Source: a virus (lineage: Duplodnaviria; Heunggongvirae; Uroviricota; Caudoviricetes). Taken from it: a stretch of DNA of 64,000 bases. The stretch is taken from the IMG/VR virus record IMGVR_UViG_3300029852_000006; one strand, 5' to 3'. The translations under genes and the position numbers were made by a program. A model generated the notes under the pieces. The model ran no database searches, was not told the DNA's origin, and was given only the letters and a program-made list of their open reading frames with translations. Positions 1 through 8,771 of this stretch are shown one piece after another. The number at the start of each line of letters is the position of its first letter. The stretch's first letter is position 1.

Positions 1-100
1 TGACCCGCACGATTCTGTTATTTACGCAATCGGAAAAGCAGTTGAAAAAGAACTCAAACGCCCCAAAACTCTGATTGTAAATCCCGTTCAGCTGCAAAAA

Positions 101-361
101 ATGAATCAGCTGCAAAAAGCTATCACAAAATACATCGAGTACGCCAAAACCTATCCGCTGAATGATAAGGTAACTTTCAAGCTAATTCCCTATGTAAACC
201 AACATGACGTTGAACTTGTTTTGGTGCTTGATGAATTTTTGCATTTCAAAGATCTGATGCTGCTTGCATTTAATTTGGATATTGATGTTAGAATCGAAAC
301 TTCAAATGAAGATCGCGTCAGAGTCGGCTTTACGATTGAAAACCTTTACGTTGAACCGTAA
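101..361 (+). CDS. hypothetical small protein (86 aa)
   Basis: Clean ORF followed by a bidirectional hairpin terminator; no recognisable motif. Confidence 0.35.
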   Translation: MNQLQKAITKYIEYAKTYPLNDKVTFKLIPYVNQHDVELVLVLDEFLHFKDLMLLAFNLDIDVRIETSNEDRVRVGFTIENLYVEP

Positions 362-392
362 CCGTAACTAATTTCAAAATCGAATCCCAAAC

Positions 393-426
393 CGGAACCG
401 CTTTTCACAAGGCGGTTCCTTTTTTA
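393..426. terminator. Rho-independent terminator (bidirectional) between convergent ORFs
   Basis: ggaaccgc / gcggttcc 8-bp stem followed by TTTTTT on + strand and A-run on the other side. Confidence 0.5.
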
Positions 427-666
427 TTGCTTGTTTTCATCTCTAAGATGAATTTCATATTCCCCACTAATCAACCGCCGTATCATCTGCGGAAACGTGC
501 AATCAAGTTTTGCAAGTATAGCAGAAAGCGCTTCATCATCCTCTTTTACTAAAACAATTTTCCTTTCATTGCGATTTCCCGCAAGTTTTGCGCGCTTTAC
601 ACGATCTCTATTAAGCTGTCTGATATGTTCCAGCTGTTCCTCGGCTGTCTTAAATTGCTTTTCCAT
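424..666 (-). CDS. small ribbon-helix-helix / MobC-like DNA-binding protein (80 aa)
   Basis: Basic N-terminus plus segment 'RKIVLVKEDDEALSAILAKLDCTFPQMIRRLISGE' resembling MobC/CopG-type RHH accessory proteins; only minus-strand ORF here that does not overlap a + gene. Confidence 0.35.
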   Translation of the reverse strand: MEKQFKTAEEQLEHIRQLNRDRVKRAKLAGNRNERKIVLVKEDDEALSAILAKLDCTFPQMIRRLISGEYEIHLRDENKQ

Positions 667-762
667 TCTAAAACCTCTTTTACAACTTGATTTTTATTAC
701 ATTATACCAGAATAAAACTATTTTTACAAATCCAAACCATAAAACGAAAGGAAGCCCCCATC

Positions 763-999
763 ATGAAAAAGCTAACAAAACTTCTCGCCCGCTTCACCCT
801 GTTCAGCGCCGCCGAGTGCGCCATTCTCTTCGGCCTTCCCGCCCTGGCCACTCGCCACCCCTTCATTCTGTTGGCCGTTTCCCTGTCCGTTTTGTTCTGG
901 CCGTGTATGCCATTCACAAACCGGTGGCCAACCCCAAAGCGGCAAAGCACCGCACCGCCACCCACCGCAAAGCGGCCTGACCCCATCATCCCATCATGA
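763..999 (+). CDS. hypothetical small membrane-like protein
   Basis: Hydrophobic N-terminal half; followed by hairpin+T terminator at ~1028-1060; overlapping minus ORFs judged antisense. Confidence 0.25.
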   Translation: MKKLTKLLARFTLFSAAECAILFGLPALATRHPFILLAVSLSVLFWPCMPFTNRWPTPKRQSTAPPPTAKRPDPIIPS

Positions 1000-1027
1000 A
1001 TATCATGAATATTTTTGACCCAGAACA

Positions 1028-1060
1028 AACGCCTTAGCCATTCCGGTTAGGGCGTTTTCT
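1028..1060 (+). terminator. putative Rho-independent terminator
   Basis: aacgcc...ggcgtt stem followed by TTTCTT. Confidence 0.35.
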
Positions 1061-1129
1061 TGTGGGCCAAAACCACAAACAGCCCCCTCTTTGCACGCCT
1101 AAAGCAGTACATAGCAAAGGAGGGATATT

Positions 1130-1309
1130 TTGAAAGTTGTTTGTGAATTATGGACCGGTCTGCCAGGGGAACCCAAAGAACTTCTGACAAAGTACGAAGC
1201 TGAAAACCAAGAGCAAGCGGATGAGTATAAATCTCTGATGATTCAGACCTGTCTGCAAAGCTATAACCCCGCTCTTTGGGAATTCCGTTTCGTTTCGCAA
1301 CCGGTCTGA
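1130..1309 (+). CDS. hypothetical small protein (59 aa, TTG start)
   Basis: RBS AAGGAGGG 7 nt upstream of TTG; ORF ends at strong terminator. Confidence 0.25.
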   Translation: MKVVCELWTGLPGEPKELLTKYEAENQEQADEYKSLMIQTCLQSYNPALWEFRFVSQPV

Positions 1310-1317
1310 CCTGCACC

Positions 1318-1350
1318 ACGCCTTTGATTCAACCGTCAAGGGCGTTTTTT
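1318..1350 (+). terminator. Rho-independent terminator
   Basis: acgcctttgattcaaccgtcaagggcgt hairpin followed by TTTTTT. Confidence 0.55.
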
Positions 1351-1422
1351 CATACCTGCCGCGCTATCTTTGGCGTTACAGATAAATTGAATCGGCTTTG
1401 CCAATGAAAGGAAGTCTCCCAA

Positions 1423-1611
1423 ATGAAACCTCGCCGCATTTTCTCCGCCCTCCTCCTCTCCCTCGGCCTTATCCTCTTGACCTTCGCCGCCACCTGCCGC
1501 CTGGTTATGACCAACATCCAAATTGATTATGACCCGTCCAACCCTGTAACCGTCACCCTCACCGTCTTTGGCCAGTCGGATGAATACGCCCTGGCCATTG
1601 ATGCCGATTGA
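1423..1611 (+). CDS. small secreted/lipoprotein-like protein (62 aa)
   Basis: N-terminal signal-like hydrophobic segment with Cys (LTFAATC); RBS GAAAGGAAG upstream. Confidence 0.4.
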   Translation: MKPRRIFSALLLSLGLILLTFAATCRLVMTNIQIDYDPSNPVTVTLTVFGQSDEYALAIDAD

Positions 1612-1769
1612 ATCCCCTGCCAAAAACAGTTTGAAACCTTTGCCTATCACGCCGTCAACTCTCCCCTGCCCAATGAAAACTTCACAGACCTCAACGCGCT
1701 TGCCGATACCCTCCGCAAGGCCCTGGATGAAGGCACCCAGATTATTCTCTGATGGAAAGGAGTCCCGCA

Positions 1770-2126
1770 ATGAAACTGCAATACCACAAAATCCGCGGCG
1801 TGGATAAGTCCGTCTGCACCGCAGAGCAGAAAATCGCCTATAACATGGCCTCCCGCATCTATGGCGATATCCGTTTTGCCAAAGCCTGGCAGCAGTATGA
1901 TTCCGGCAAGGTCCCCGCCTTCCTCCAAAATGATTGGGAATCCAAAGCGATTCGGGCCTACTTTACCACCTGGCAGCGCGATTATAACAAAGCTTCCGCC
2001 CATTACAACGAAGACGCAATCTTCAGTGCCCTGCGTGCCGGCCTGCATGATTTTATCTGCTACCACGGCCCCATCTTCACCACCTATAAAGAAATCGGCC
2101 AGGCGTTTCCCGCCTACTACCTCTGA
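1770..2126 (+). CDS. hypothetical protein
   Basis: ORF with RBS GGAAAGGAG before ATG 1770 (six-frame ORF begins 1752). Confidence 0.45.
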   Translation: MKLQYHKIRGVDKSVCTAEQKIAYNMASRIYGDIRFAKAWQQYDSGKVPAFLQNDWESKAIRAYFTTWQRDYNKASAHYNEDAIFSALRAGLHDFICYHGPIFTTYKEIGQAFPAYYL

Positions 2127-2156
2127 ATAAATTGAATCATGAAAGGAAGCTGTAAA

Positions 2157-2663
2157 ATGAATACCCCCTACGCTCTCATTCTCACTGATTCCACCCACGC
2201 ACCTACCGTCATCGGCCATTATAACAGCCGCCAAACGACAGATGAAATCCGTTCCGCTATTCGCAGATACTTCACTGATGACGAACCGGTTCTCCCCAAT
2301 GTCCGCCACAGCCCCACCACCGTTTACTCTTACGGCTACAACTACAGCAACGAAGCCATTCACGAAAAAGCTTCTTATCCTTACACCATTGATGATTTCT
2401 TCGCTGACCCTCTTCGCAAGTCTCTGTTCGTCATCGGCTGCTATAACTACCTGCACGATGTTATTGACGGCAAAATCAAACCTACCAAGATGACGGAAGC
2501 CAAAGCCGAAACGAAACCTCTCACTCTCCAGTCCGCCACCACCCTTGCCGCTCCTCCTATCGCACCCACCATTCCCATCACCAAAACGAACACCGTTTCC
2601 TGTTCCGCCACCAAAACCTGCGCTGCCTACAAACCCGTGCCCCAGAGTCCCGCAAAACCGTAA
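2157..2663 (+). CDS. hypothetical protein
   Basis: RBS GAAAGGAAG before ATG 2157 (six-frame ORF begins 2139). Confidence 0.45.
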   Translation: MNTPYALILTDSTHAPTVIGHYNSRQTTDEIRSAIRRYFTDDEPVLPNVRHSPTTVYSYGYNYSNEAIHEKASYPYTIDDFFADPLRKSLFVIGCYNYLHDVIDGKIKPTKMTEAKAETKPLTLQSATTLAAPPIAPTIPITKTNTVSCSATKTCAAYKPVPQSPAKP

Positions 2664-3155
2664 CACAAGCGCAAAACCCGTGCCCATTCCAAACGCCGGA
2701 CGCACCGCCCTCTTATATATCTATCTTTATCTTTATATATAAACGCTATTGACGTGCTGTTTTCAGCCCGATTTTGAACCTTCCTAGTCGTATTGACACG
2801 CAATTTTTAGGCCGTTTTGGAACATTACTTTTACTAACCCACCACTTTACCGGGTTTGTACTGCTCAAAAACGAACATATCTTGTCATCGGCCATGCAAC
2901 ATTCTCACCGCATCAAGCAACATTTTTACGGCTTGAACATTTGCGAAAACTTGTATATAATCAAAATCACAAAGTCACCCGCCAGCATGAAACCGCATCC
3001 CTCTCAGCGCCCCACACAGCCCCTACAGGCCGTGTTTCCTTGTGGCTATGCAGTTTCTCGCCCGTTTTCTTCTCGTTTCTCACAGCGCATCCCAGCCTTA
3101 TTATAATTTGTTCCCCGCCCTGCCCCGTCTGGCAGGTTTTATTTCACCCTGTTAT

Positions 3156-3173
3156 TTACAAGTTTTCGCAAAC
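3156..3173 (+). promoter_or_regulatory. conserved near-palindromic motif TTACAAGTTTTCGCAAAC (copy 1 of 3)
   Basis: Same 18-mer recurs at 26407 and 34343, each ~20-30 nt upstream of an RBS/ATG; core GTTTTCGCAAAC is an imperfect dyad. Confidence 0.45.
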
Positions 3174-3190
3174 AAAAGGAGTTGACCCCC

Positions 3191-3316
3191 ATGTATATCA
3201 TCATCCCCACCCACGGCCATTACGAGATCCGTGACGGTCCCACCTTCATCCAGTCCGCCGATACTTACCGCGAAGCCTGGCATGAACTCGCTTCCCTCAC
3301 CAATTCCCCAACCTAG
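3191..3316 (+). CDS. hypothetical small protein (41 aa)
   Basis: RBS AAAGGAG + ATG just downstream of conserved operator-like motif. Confidence 0.2.
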   Translation: MYIIIPTHGHYEIRDGPTFIQSADTYREAWHELASLTNSPT

Positions 3317-3384
3317 GCAATCGTGCATTCCGCACTTGCAAATATTTTTTACATTGGCTACACGCCAAAGAAAGGACACACATT

Positions 3385-3831
3385 ATGTCTACTGTCAAAA
3401 TCAACGAAACCACCTTCTCCATCACCTCCACCCTGACCATGGCCCAGCTGAAGACCCTCCACACCAAGGCTCCCCAGGCCCTGCAGCTGACCAAGCCCGG
3501 CAAAAAGTCCGGCGATGACGATGAGATCATCTTTGCCATTGCCCCGTCCGCCAAGCAGAGCATGTCCACCTACGGCATCTGCTTCGCCAAGTCCGCCTTC
3601 GGCACCGACAATGCCATCTACGTTGAGGACCTGCCCGCCGACCTCGAAAACATCACCAAGGCCAAGGAGCATGTCGCCGAGCGCATCGGTTTCTCCAAGA
3701 AGCACCTGGATGAAATCGAAACCCAGGCCGCCGCAACCCTGGCTCAGCTCAAGGCCGACCACGATGCCATCATCGCCGGCATTGAAGTTTCCACTCCGGG
3801 CACCCCGGCAAACGACACCGCCGCTCAGTAA
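3385..3831 (+). CDS. hypothetical protein (148 aa)
   Basis: RBS AAAGGACA; codon usage consistent with neighbours. Confidence 0.5.
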   Translation: MSTVKINETTFSITSTLTMAQLKTLHTKAPQALQLTKPGKKSGDDDEIIFAIAPSAKQSMSTYGICFAKSAFGTDNAIYVEDLPADLENITKAKEHVAERIGFSKKHLDEIETQAAATLAQLKADHDAIIAGIEVSTPGTPANDTAAQ

Positions 3832-3937
3832 GCAAAACGGCCGGTGCTCACCCCCACAACAAGCAGCCCGGCCATGATTTTTCTTCCCCAATCCACAATC
3901 CAACACAAAAATATTTCATCATAAGGAGATTTTCACC

Positions 3938-4165
3938 ATGATTAACGTCACTATCGTCGATAACCTGCACCGCAACACCTACCCCGTTGACCCCAACACC
4001 ACCCTGCGCTCCGTCCTGGAAGCTCATGATGTCGATTACACCACCGGCCAGACCAAGCTGGATGGTTCCTCTCTGGCCGCAGGCGACCTGGATAAGACCT
4101 TCGCGGACTTCGGTATCGCGGAAAAGTGCTACATGGTCAACATTGCCAAGCAGGATAACGCCTGA
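3938..4165 (+). CDS. small protein, candidate ubiquitin-like protein (75 aa)
   Basis: 75-aa acidic protein directly upstream of a JAB + E1-like gene pair; does not end in Gly-Gly (ends ...KQDNA), so the Ubl call rests on context only. Confidence 0.35.
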   Translation: MINVTIVDNLHRNTYPVDPNTTLRSVLEAHDVDYTTGQTKLDGSSLAAGDLDKTFADFGIAEKCYMVNIAKQDNA

Positions 4166-4300
4166 TTGATTCCTCTCCGGTGGTGTCTCTTCCCCCACCG
4201 GGGTGCTGCCTTACAGGAACAGCCTCCACGCGGCAGGCAGCGGGCAACGCAAACGCGGCCAATCGTTCCAAATCTAATCAGAAAGGAAAAATGAATCACC

Positions 4301-5641
4301 ATGCCACTCCCCAATTACACCGATATTCTCAACACCATGTCGCCCACCATCACATGGCAGGACAACACCCCATGCCGCACCACTTTCAGAGTAATTTTCA
4401 CCAAGGCTCTGGCCTGCACGGTTTATCCCCGCCTCACCGCAGGCAAAACCCTTGCCATCCTTGGCGATGATTCCGGCCTCCAGCCTTCCACTAACCCGAA
4501 TGAATCCCTTCTGTTCTTTGTCACCGATAAAGCCGCCATCCCCGATTCCATCCAGGAAGTCAAGGATATTGGCGCTTATCTCTCTGATAAGTACAAAGTT
4601 TATCAGGATGCAGTCGCCCGTATCACCATCGTCCAGTTCCAGCGCGACGGCGACCTCTACAGCAGTGTTTTTTACCAGCGTGTTGCCTCAGCCATGCCCC
4701 GCCTGCTGCCCTGGCTCTTCAAGGATCACCCCCTCACCTCCGATGAGCTCGCTTACCTCCGCGCCCTCTCCACCCCGGATACTGGCTCGGAAACCCTCGC
4801 CCGGATGGCGGAGCCTCTTTATAACAAAACCGATCTGCCCTCCAGAGCCGTAGATAAAGCGATTGAATCCCTCTTCAAAGGTACCATTGACCGCCGTAAA
4901 GCGGATCTCAGGCGCTCTATTGAAAACCTTTACCGTCAGTTGAAAGAAACCCGCGCCCGTATCTCTGGAATTTTTACCAACATCACCAGCATCAACTGTG
5001 AGCTGACCGGCCTTGACTCCAAAGATGAATCTACCTTTATCACGGAACTCAAGGATTATCTCCACACCCAAAAAGGTATTTCCGTCGATACTGACGATGG
5101 AGCGCTTCTCCTCACCATCACCACATTCCTCTCCAACTATGACCCGGATGATGTCGAAACCTTTATCTTCAACAGTTACCACCCCTATGAGGATCTTACC
5201 GGCGAAGAAGAACACGATGTCCGCATCCTTTTCCGGGCTGTGTTCATTGACCATATCTTCAAAATCAAACTCGCTGCCACCTATAAGCTTAATTACGACT
5301 GCCATGTCACAGCCATGTCCGATGAAATCAATATGAACGTTGTTCAGGCTGTTCCCAACCCTCACATCAATCATCACTCCTGCCTCGGTAACTATGAACC
5401 CATGCTGGAGGATGCCGAGGATCGCCGAGATTTTATTGCCGCCATTGCCATCTGTCAGCAGAGCGCCAGCAGCATGAACCTCGTCGAAACTATCTCCACC
5501 AAATATTTCTTTAATGATTTTGCCACCGCCTATCACACGGATATCCCCGTCATCCTGACCGCCGCCGGTGAATCCATCACCCCCAAGCAGGCCATTGAAC
5601 AGCTCAAATCCGCAAATGATTCCGTTAAGGAAGGAGAATAA
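4301..5641 (+). CDS. hypothetical protein (446 aa); possible E2-like component
   Basis: Sits at the E2 position between candidate Ubl and JAB/E1. Segment 'PNPHINHHSCLGNYEP' loosely resembles the UBC HPN...C-L active-site region. Speculative. Confidence 0.5.
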   Translation: MPLPNYTDILNTMSPTITWQDNTPCRTTFRVIFTKALACTVYPRLTAGKTLAILGDDSGLQPSTNPNESLLFFVTDKAAIPDSIQEVKDIGAYLSDKYKVYQDAVARITIVQFQRDGDLYSSVFYQRVASAMPRLLPWLFKDHPLTSDELAYLRALSTPDTGSETLARMAEPLYNKTDLPSRAVDKAIESLFKGTIDRRKADLRRSIENLYRQLKETRARISGIFTNITSINCELTGLDSKDESTFITELKDYLHTQKGISVDTDDGALLLTITTFLSNYDPDDVETFIFNSYHPYEDLTGEEEHDVRILFRAVFIDHIFKIKLAATYKLNYDCHVTAMSDEINMNVVQAVPNPHINHHSCLGNYEPMLEDAEDRRDFIAAIAICQQSASSMNLVETISTKYFFNDFATAYHTDIPVILTAAGESITPKQAIEQLKSANDSVKEGE

Positions 5642-5643
5642 CC

Positions 5644-6408
5644 ATGCAAGTTATCCACATTGATCAGACCGCTCTGGATGCCGCCATCGAACTCTATCGC
5701 CAGCAGCTCCTCGCCGGCTCTGTTAAGCTCGCAAAAACCAAAGCAAAAGATAAAATCAACATCAATTTTACCGCCGATGCTTGGGCCAAACAGTCCCGCC
5801 TCATTGATGATTTCACTTCCGAAGTCGCCTGGCACGGCCTCATGCGCCAGCTTTCCCCCACCGAGTATGAAATCTATGATATCCTCGTCTACCCCCAGCA
5901 GGTTACTGGTGTCACCGTCGAAACCGACCAGGATAAATACAACGACTGGCTGCTCTCCCAGCCCGATGAAATCTTCAACAACATCCGCTACCAGGCCCAC
6001 AGCCACGTCAACATGTCCCCTTCCCCTTCCGGCGTTGATGACGAAAACGAGTCCAAAATTGTCAATAAGCTCAAGGGCAATGATTTCTACCTCTTCATGA
6101 TCTGGAACAAGCGCGGCGAGTTCACCGCCCGCCTGTATGACTACGCCGCCAACAAAATCTACGATAAAGATGATATCTCTGTCACCTACACCGATACCCT
6201 CTCCGATTTTGCCGCCACCGCTCAGTCCCTTGTCACCAAAGCTCTGCCCGTCTATTCCGCAGCGCACCCTCCCGTCAAGCCCACCGGCGGTACCGTGCCC
6301 CACGTCGTCTGGGATAACGCCGCCCGCTGCTGGATGGACGATGACGGCAATTATTACGACCACTACCCCACCTATTACGATTATCACACCAACGGAGGTG
6401 CCTTATGA
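5644..6408 (+). CDS. JAB/MPN (JAMM) metallopeptidase-like protein
   Basis: Exact JAMM signature H-S-H-x7-S-x2-D ('HSHVNMSPSPSGVDD') with upstream Glu. Confidence 0.7.
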   Translation: MQVIHIDQTALDAAIELYRQQLLAGSVKLAKTKAKDKININFTADAWAKQSRLIDDFTSEVAWHGLMRQLSPTEYEIYDILVYPQQVTGVTVETDQDKYNDWLLSQPDEIFNNIRYQAHSHVNMSPSPSGVDDENESKIVNKLKGNDFYLFMIWNKRGEFTARLYDYAANKIYDKDDISVTYTDTLSDFAATAQSLVTKALPVYSAAHPPVKPTGGTVPHVVWDNAARCWMDDDGNYYDHYPTYYDYHTNGGAL

Positions 6409-7088
6409 ATCTTGCCAAAAGCCTGGATGTCTTCTCCCCGCATGATGTCAAAGGCCGCATCCACATCATTGGCTGCGGTTCGGTCGGCTCCACCATCGCG
6501 GAGCTTCTTGCCCGCTATGGCCTGACCAACTTCACCCTCTACGATTTTGATACGGTGGAAAAGAAAAACATCGTCAACCAGATGTTTTTTGATCCTCAGG
6601 TCGGCCAGCCCAAAGTGGAAGCCCTCCGCGATATTCTCTGTGCCATCAACCCGGAGGCCAAAAATGATATCCGTTTGGAACCTTCCGGCTGGAACGGCCA
6701 GCCCCTCTCCGGTTACGTTTTTCTTGCCGTGGATAACATCGAGATCCGCCAGAAAATCGTGGATGCCAACCGCTTTAACACCTTCATTAAAGCCATGTTT
6801 GATGTCCGCACTGCCCTCTTTGACGCCCAGCTCTATGCCGCTGATTGGTCAGACCCCAAACAGGTCGCGGAATTTCGCGCCACAATGAACTTCACCCATG
6901 CCGAAGCCACCGCCCAGGTTCCCGTTTCGGCCTGCGGCACTACCCTCGGTGTTGCCCCCACGGTTCGCGTTGCCGCCTGTTATACCGTCACCAACTTCCA
7001 AAACTTCATCAAAAAAGGCGAGCTGATCCATACCGGTCTCTCCGCCCCCTTCAACCTCCAGGGTGAATCCGCTTTCCTCGGTCTGTAA
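6405..7088 (+). CDS. E1-like ThiF/MoeB-family adenylyltransferase
   Basis: Rossmann motif 'IIGCGSVGSTIA' (GxGxxG) followed by 'YDFDTVEKKNIVNQ' matching the ThiF/E1 D-x-D-x-V-x-x-S/K-N-x-x-R/N-Q block. Confidence 0.75.
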   Translation: MNLAKSLDVFSPHDVKGRIHIIGCGSVGSTIAELLARYGLTNFTLYDFDTVEKKNIVNQMFFDPQVGQPKVEALRDILCAINPEAKNDIRLEPSGWNGQPLSGYVFLAVDNIEIRQKIVDANRFNTFIKAMFDVRTALFDAQLYAADWSDPKQVAEFRATMNFTHAEATAQVPVSACGTTLGVAPTVRVAACYTVTNFQNFIKKGELIHTGLSAPFNLQGESAFLGL

Positions 7089-7478
7089 CCCTGTCGTCTT
7101 AGCGTTCCATTAAATTTCGTTTGTGTTGTATACTGTAAGCTTTTTCGCTTCAGGCTCTTCGGTCATATCCAAGAGTACGAATTTGTTACCCCGACCCACC
7201 CCTCCACCTGATCCTGGCCAGCGGATCTGACGGTGACGCCCGAACACATATCGCATCGTCCAAACCTTTTGACACACACCGACTGGTAGAAGAATACTAA
7301 GCCCAATCAATGAAAATTCGAAGATCAGGGTCTAATGGTAGCACAAAGTCCCATCAGAAATCAGTTCAAAAGCTCAACAGTTCAAGGGCATTCTCTTCGG
7401 AATCGGCGACGGAGTCGTTCCTGCAGCCACTATCTCCCATCAGAACACAAACATAACCCTCACATAAGGAGCACTCGT
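7089..7478 (+). ncRNA. candidate structured ncRNA upstream of the reverse transcriptase
   Basis: 390-nt ORF-free stretch in a tightly packed region. Contains the conserved hairpin motif (7155-7185) and a C-rich tract; 9-nt inverted match gtttgtgtt / aacacaaac near its two ends. Confidence 0.3.
7155..7185 (+). repeat. conserved hairpin motif copy 1 (stem ctctt/aagag, loop CGGTCATATCC, then tacGAATTTG)
   Basis: One of 7 copies sharing the loop CGGTYATAYCC closed by co-varying stems. Confidence 0.6.
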
Positions 7479-8669
7479 ATGGTTTACATCACTTATAACT
7501 GCCCGGAACGTTTCCGGGAAATGACGTTTGAAGAACTCCTCCGCGGGGATTTTAACCTCGCAAACCTTTCCACCGGCGGCCACGGTGCTACCCGTACCGT
7601 CATCTGCAACAAAGTTCCTCCCCGCATCATGCGCATCACCAAGGTGGAGCAAATGATCCTCCAGCTCCAGGCGTTCAACCAGCAGTATGAATCCCTTCGC
7701 CTCACCACTCCCCGTTCCAGCCTGTACAACCATTTCCCCATCCCCAAAGCCTCCGGCGGTCTCCGCTGGATCGATGCCCCCAATTCCGACTTAATGAAAG
7801 CCCTCAAGGAACTCAAAACCCTCTTTCAGTCCTGGATGTTTGCCGACCACCACACCTGCGCTTTCGCCTATGTCGAGGACCGCAGCGTCCTCTCCGCCGC
7901 CAAACGTCACCAAAAGTTCGGTGCCTGGTGGTTCGCCCACTTTGATTTCCATGGCTTCTTCCCCTCCACCACGCCGGAGTTTGTCCTCTCCCAGTTTGAA
8001 CTCATTTATCCTTTCAACCTCATCCTTGCCAGCCCCACCGGCCGCGCGGAACTGATCAAAGCCCTTGACCTCTGTTTCCTTAACGGAGCATTGCCGCAGG
8101 GCACCCCCATCTCCCCGCTCATCACCAACATCATGATGATCCCCTTTGACCACGCCTTCGCCAAGGCTGTCAACCATTTTGAATCCGGCAAGCATAACCC
8201 GGACGGAACCCCCATCACCGACCGCCTCTGCTACACCCGCTACGCCGATGATATCATCGTCTCCTGCAAAGTTATCTTCAATTTCCATGCTGTCGAGCGC
8301 CTTATTGTCCAGCTTCTCTCCCAAATGAACGCCCCCTTCACCCTCAATGAAAGCAAAACCCAGTTCCGCTCCCGCGCCGGCCGCAACTGGATTCTTGGCG
8401 TCATGCTCAATAAGGATAACCAAATTACAGTCGGCTACCGCAAAAATAAAATCTTCAAAGCCACCATTGATACCTACTTCCGCGATAAACAAAAGGGCAA
8501 AAAGTGGCCGGATGAAGACCTTCAGTCCTTCCAGGGCAACATTACCTGGTTCAAGGATGTCCAGCCCGATACCACCAAATACATTATCCAAAAGTATAAC
8601 GCCAAATATGGCCTTGACCTTGAATCCTGTATCAAGGCCGATCTCGCCCCGCCCAGCGTAACCGCATAA
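7479..8669 (+). CDS. reverse transcriptase (stand-alone; retron/DRT/Abi-like class undetermined)
   Basis: RT motifs 1 (IPKASGGLRWI), 2 (DFHGFFPS), 4 (LPQGTPISPLITNI), 5 (YTRYADDIIVS), 7 (LNESKT). RBS AAGGAG before ATG 7479 (six-frame ORF extends to 7335). No maturase or endonuclease domain. Confidence 0.85.
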   Translation: MVYITYNCPERFREMTFEELLRGDFNLANLSTGGHGATRTVICNKVPPRIMRITKVEQMILQLQAFNQQYESLRLTTPRSSLYNHFPIPKASGGLRWIDAPNSDLMKALKELKTLFQSWMFADHHTCAFAYVEDRSVLSAAKRHQKFGAWWFAHFDFHGFFPSTTPEFVLSQFELIYPFNLILASPTGRAELIKALDLCFLNGALPQGTPISPLITNIMMIPFDHAFAKAVNHFESGKHNPDGTPITDRLCYTRYADDIIVSCKVIFNFHAVERLIVQLLSQMNAPFTLNESKTQFRSRAGRNWILGVMLNKDNQITVGYRKNKIFKATIDTYFRDKQKGKKWPDEDLQSFQGNITWFKDVQPDTTKYIIQKYNAKYGLDLESCIKADLAPPSVTA

Positions 8670-8740
8670 TCCAAAAAAAAATCAATTTGTTTTCAAAGGT
8701 AAAGTTTCGTTTTGATTTTATTTCAAGTCAAAGCCAAACA

Positions 8741-8771
8741 CCCTCCGGTTATATCCGAGGGTTTGAATTTG
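8741..8771 (+). repeat. conserved hairpin motif copy 2 (stem ccctc/gaggg)
   Basis: Compensatory stem change relative to copy 1, identical loop family, followed by tttGAATTTG. Confidence 0.6.

Noticed and set aside
1647-2705. 352-aa minus-strand ORF (also 1336-1770, 3358-3906, 4688-5536, 5533-6387, 7791-8591, 12825-13487, 13619-14245, 14236-14955, 17886-19625, 31595-32446, 32696-33625, 35512-36666, 37910-38677, 49369-50163, 50889-51770 and similar)
   Set aside because: - They are Gly/Asp/Arg/Val-rich translations antisense to well-supported + strand genes that have RBSs and recognisable domains.
- They show no RBS and no domain signal of their own.
- They are typical antisense open frames of biased-codon + strand genes.
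7161-7172. DnaA-box similarity of the ATATCCAAG loop
   Set aside because: It matches TTATCCACA only over TATCCA. The conserved positions and the co-varying flanking stems argue for a hairpin element, not a DnaA 9-mer.
7089-8669. Group II intron
   Set aside because: No maturase X or En domain follows the RT thumb, no domain V-like hairpin was found, and the RT ORF is not embedded in a host gene.
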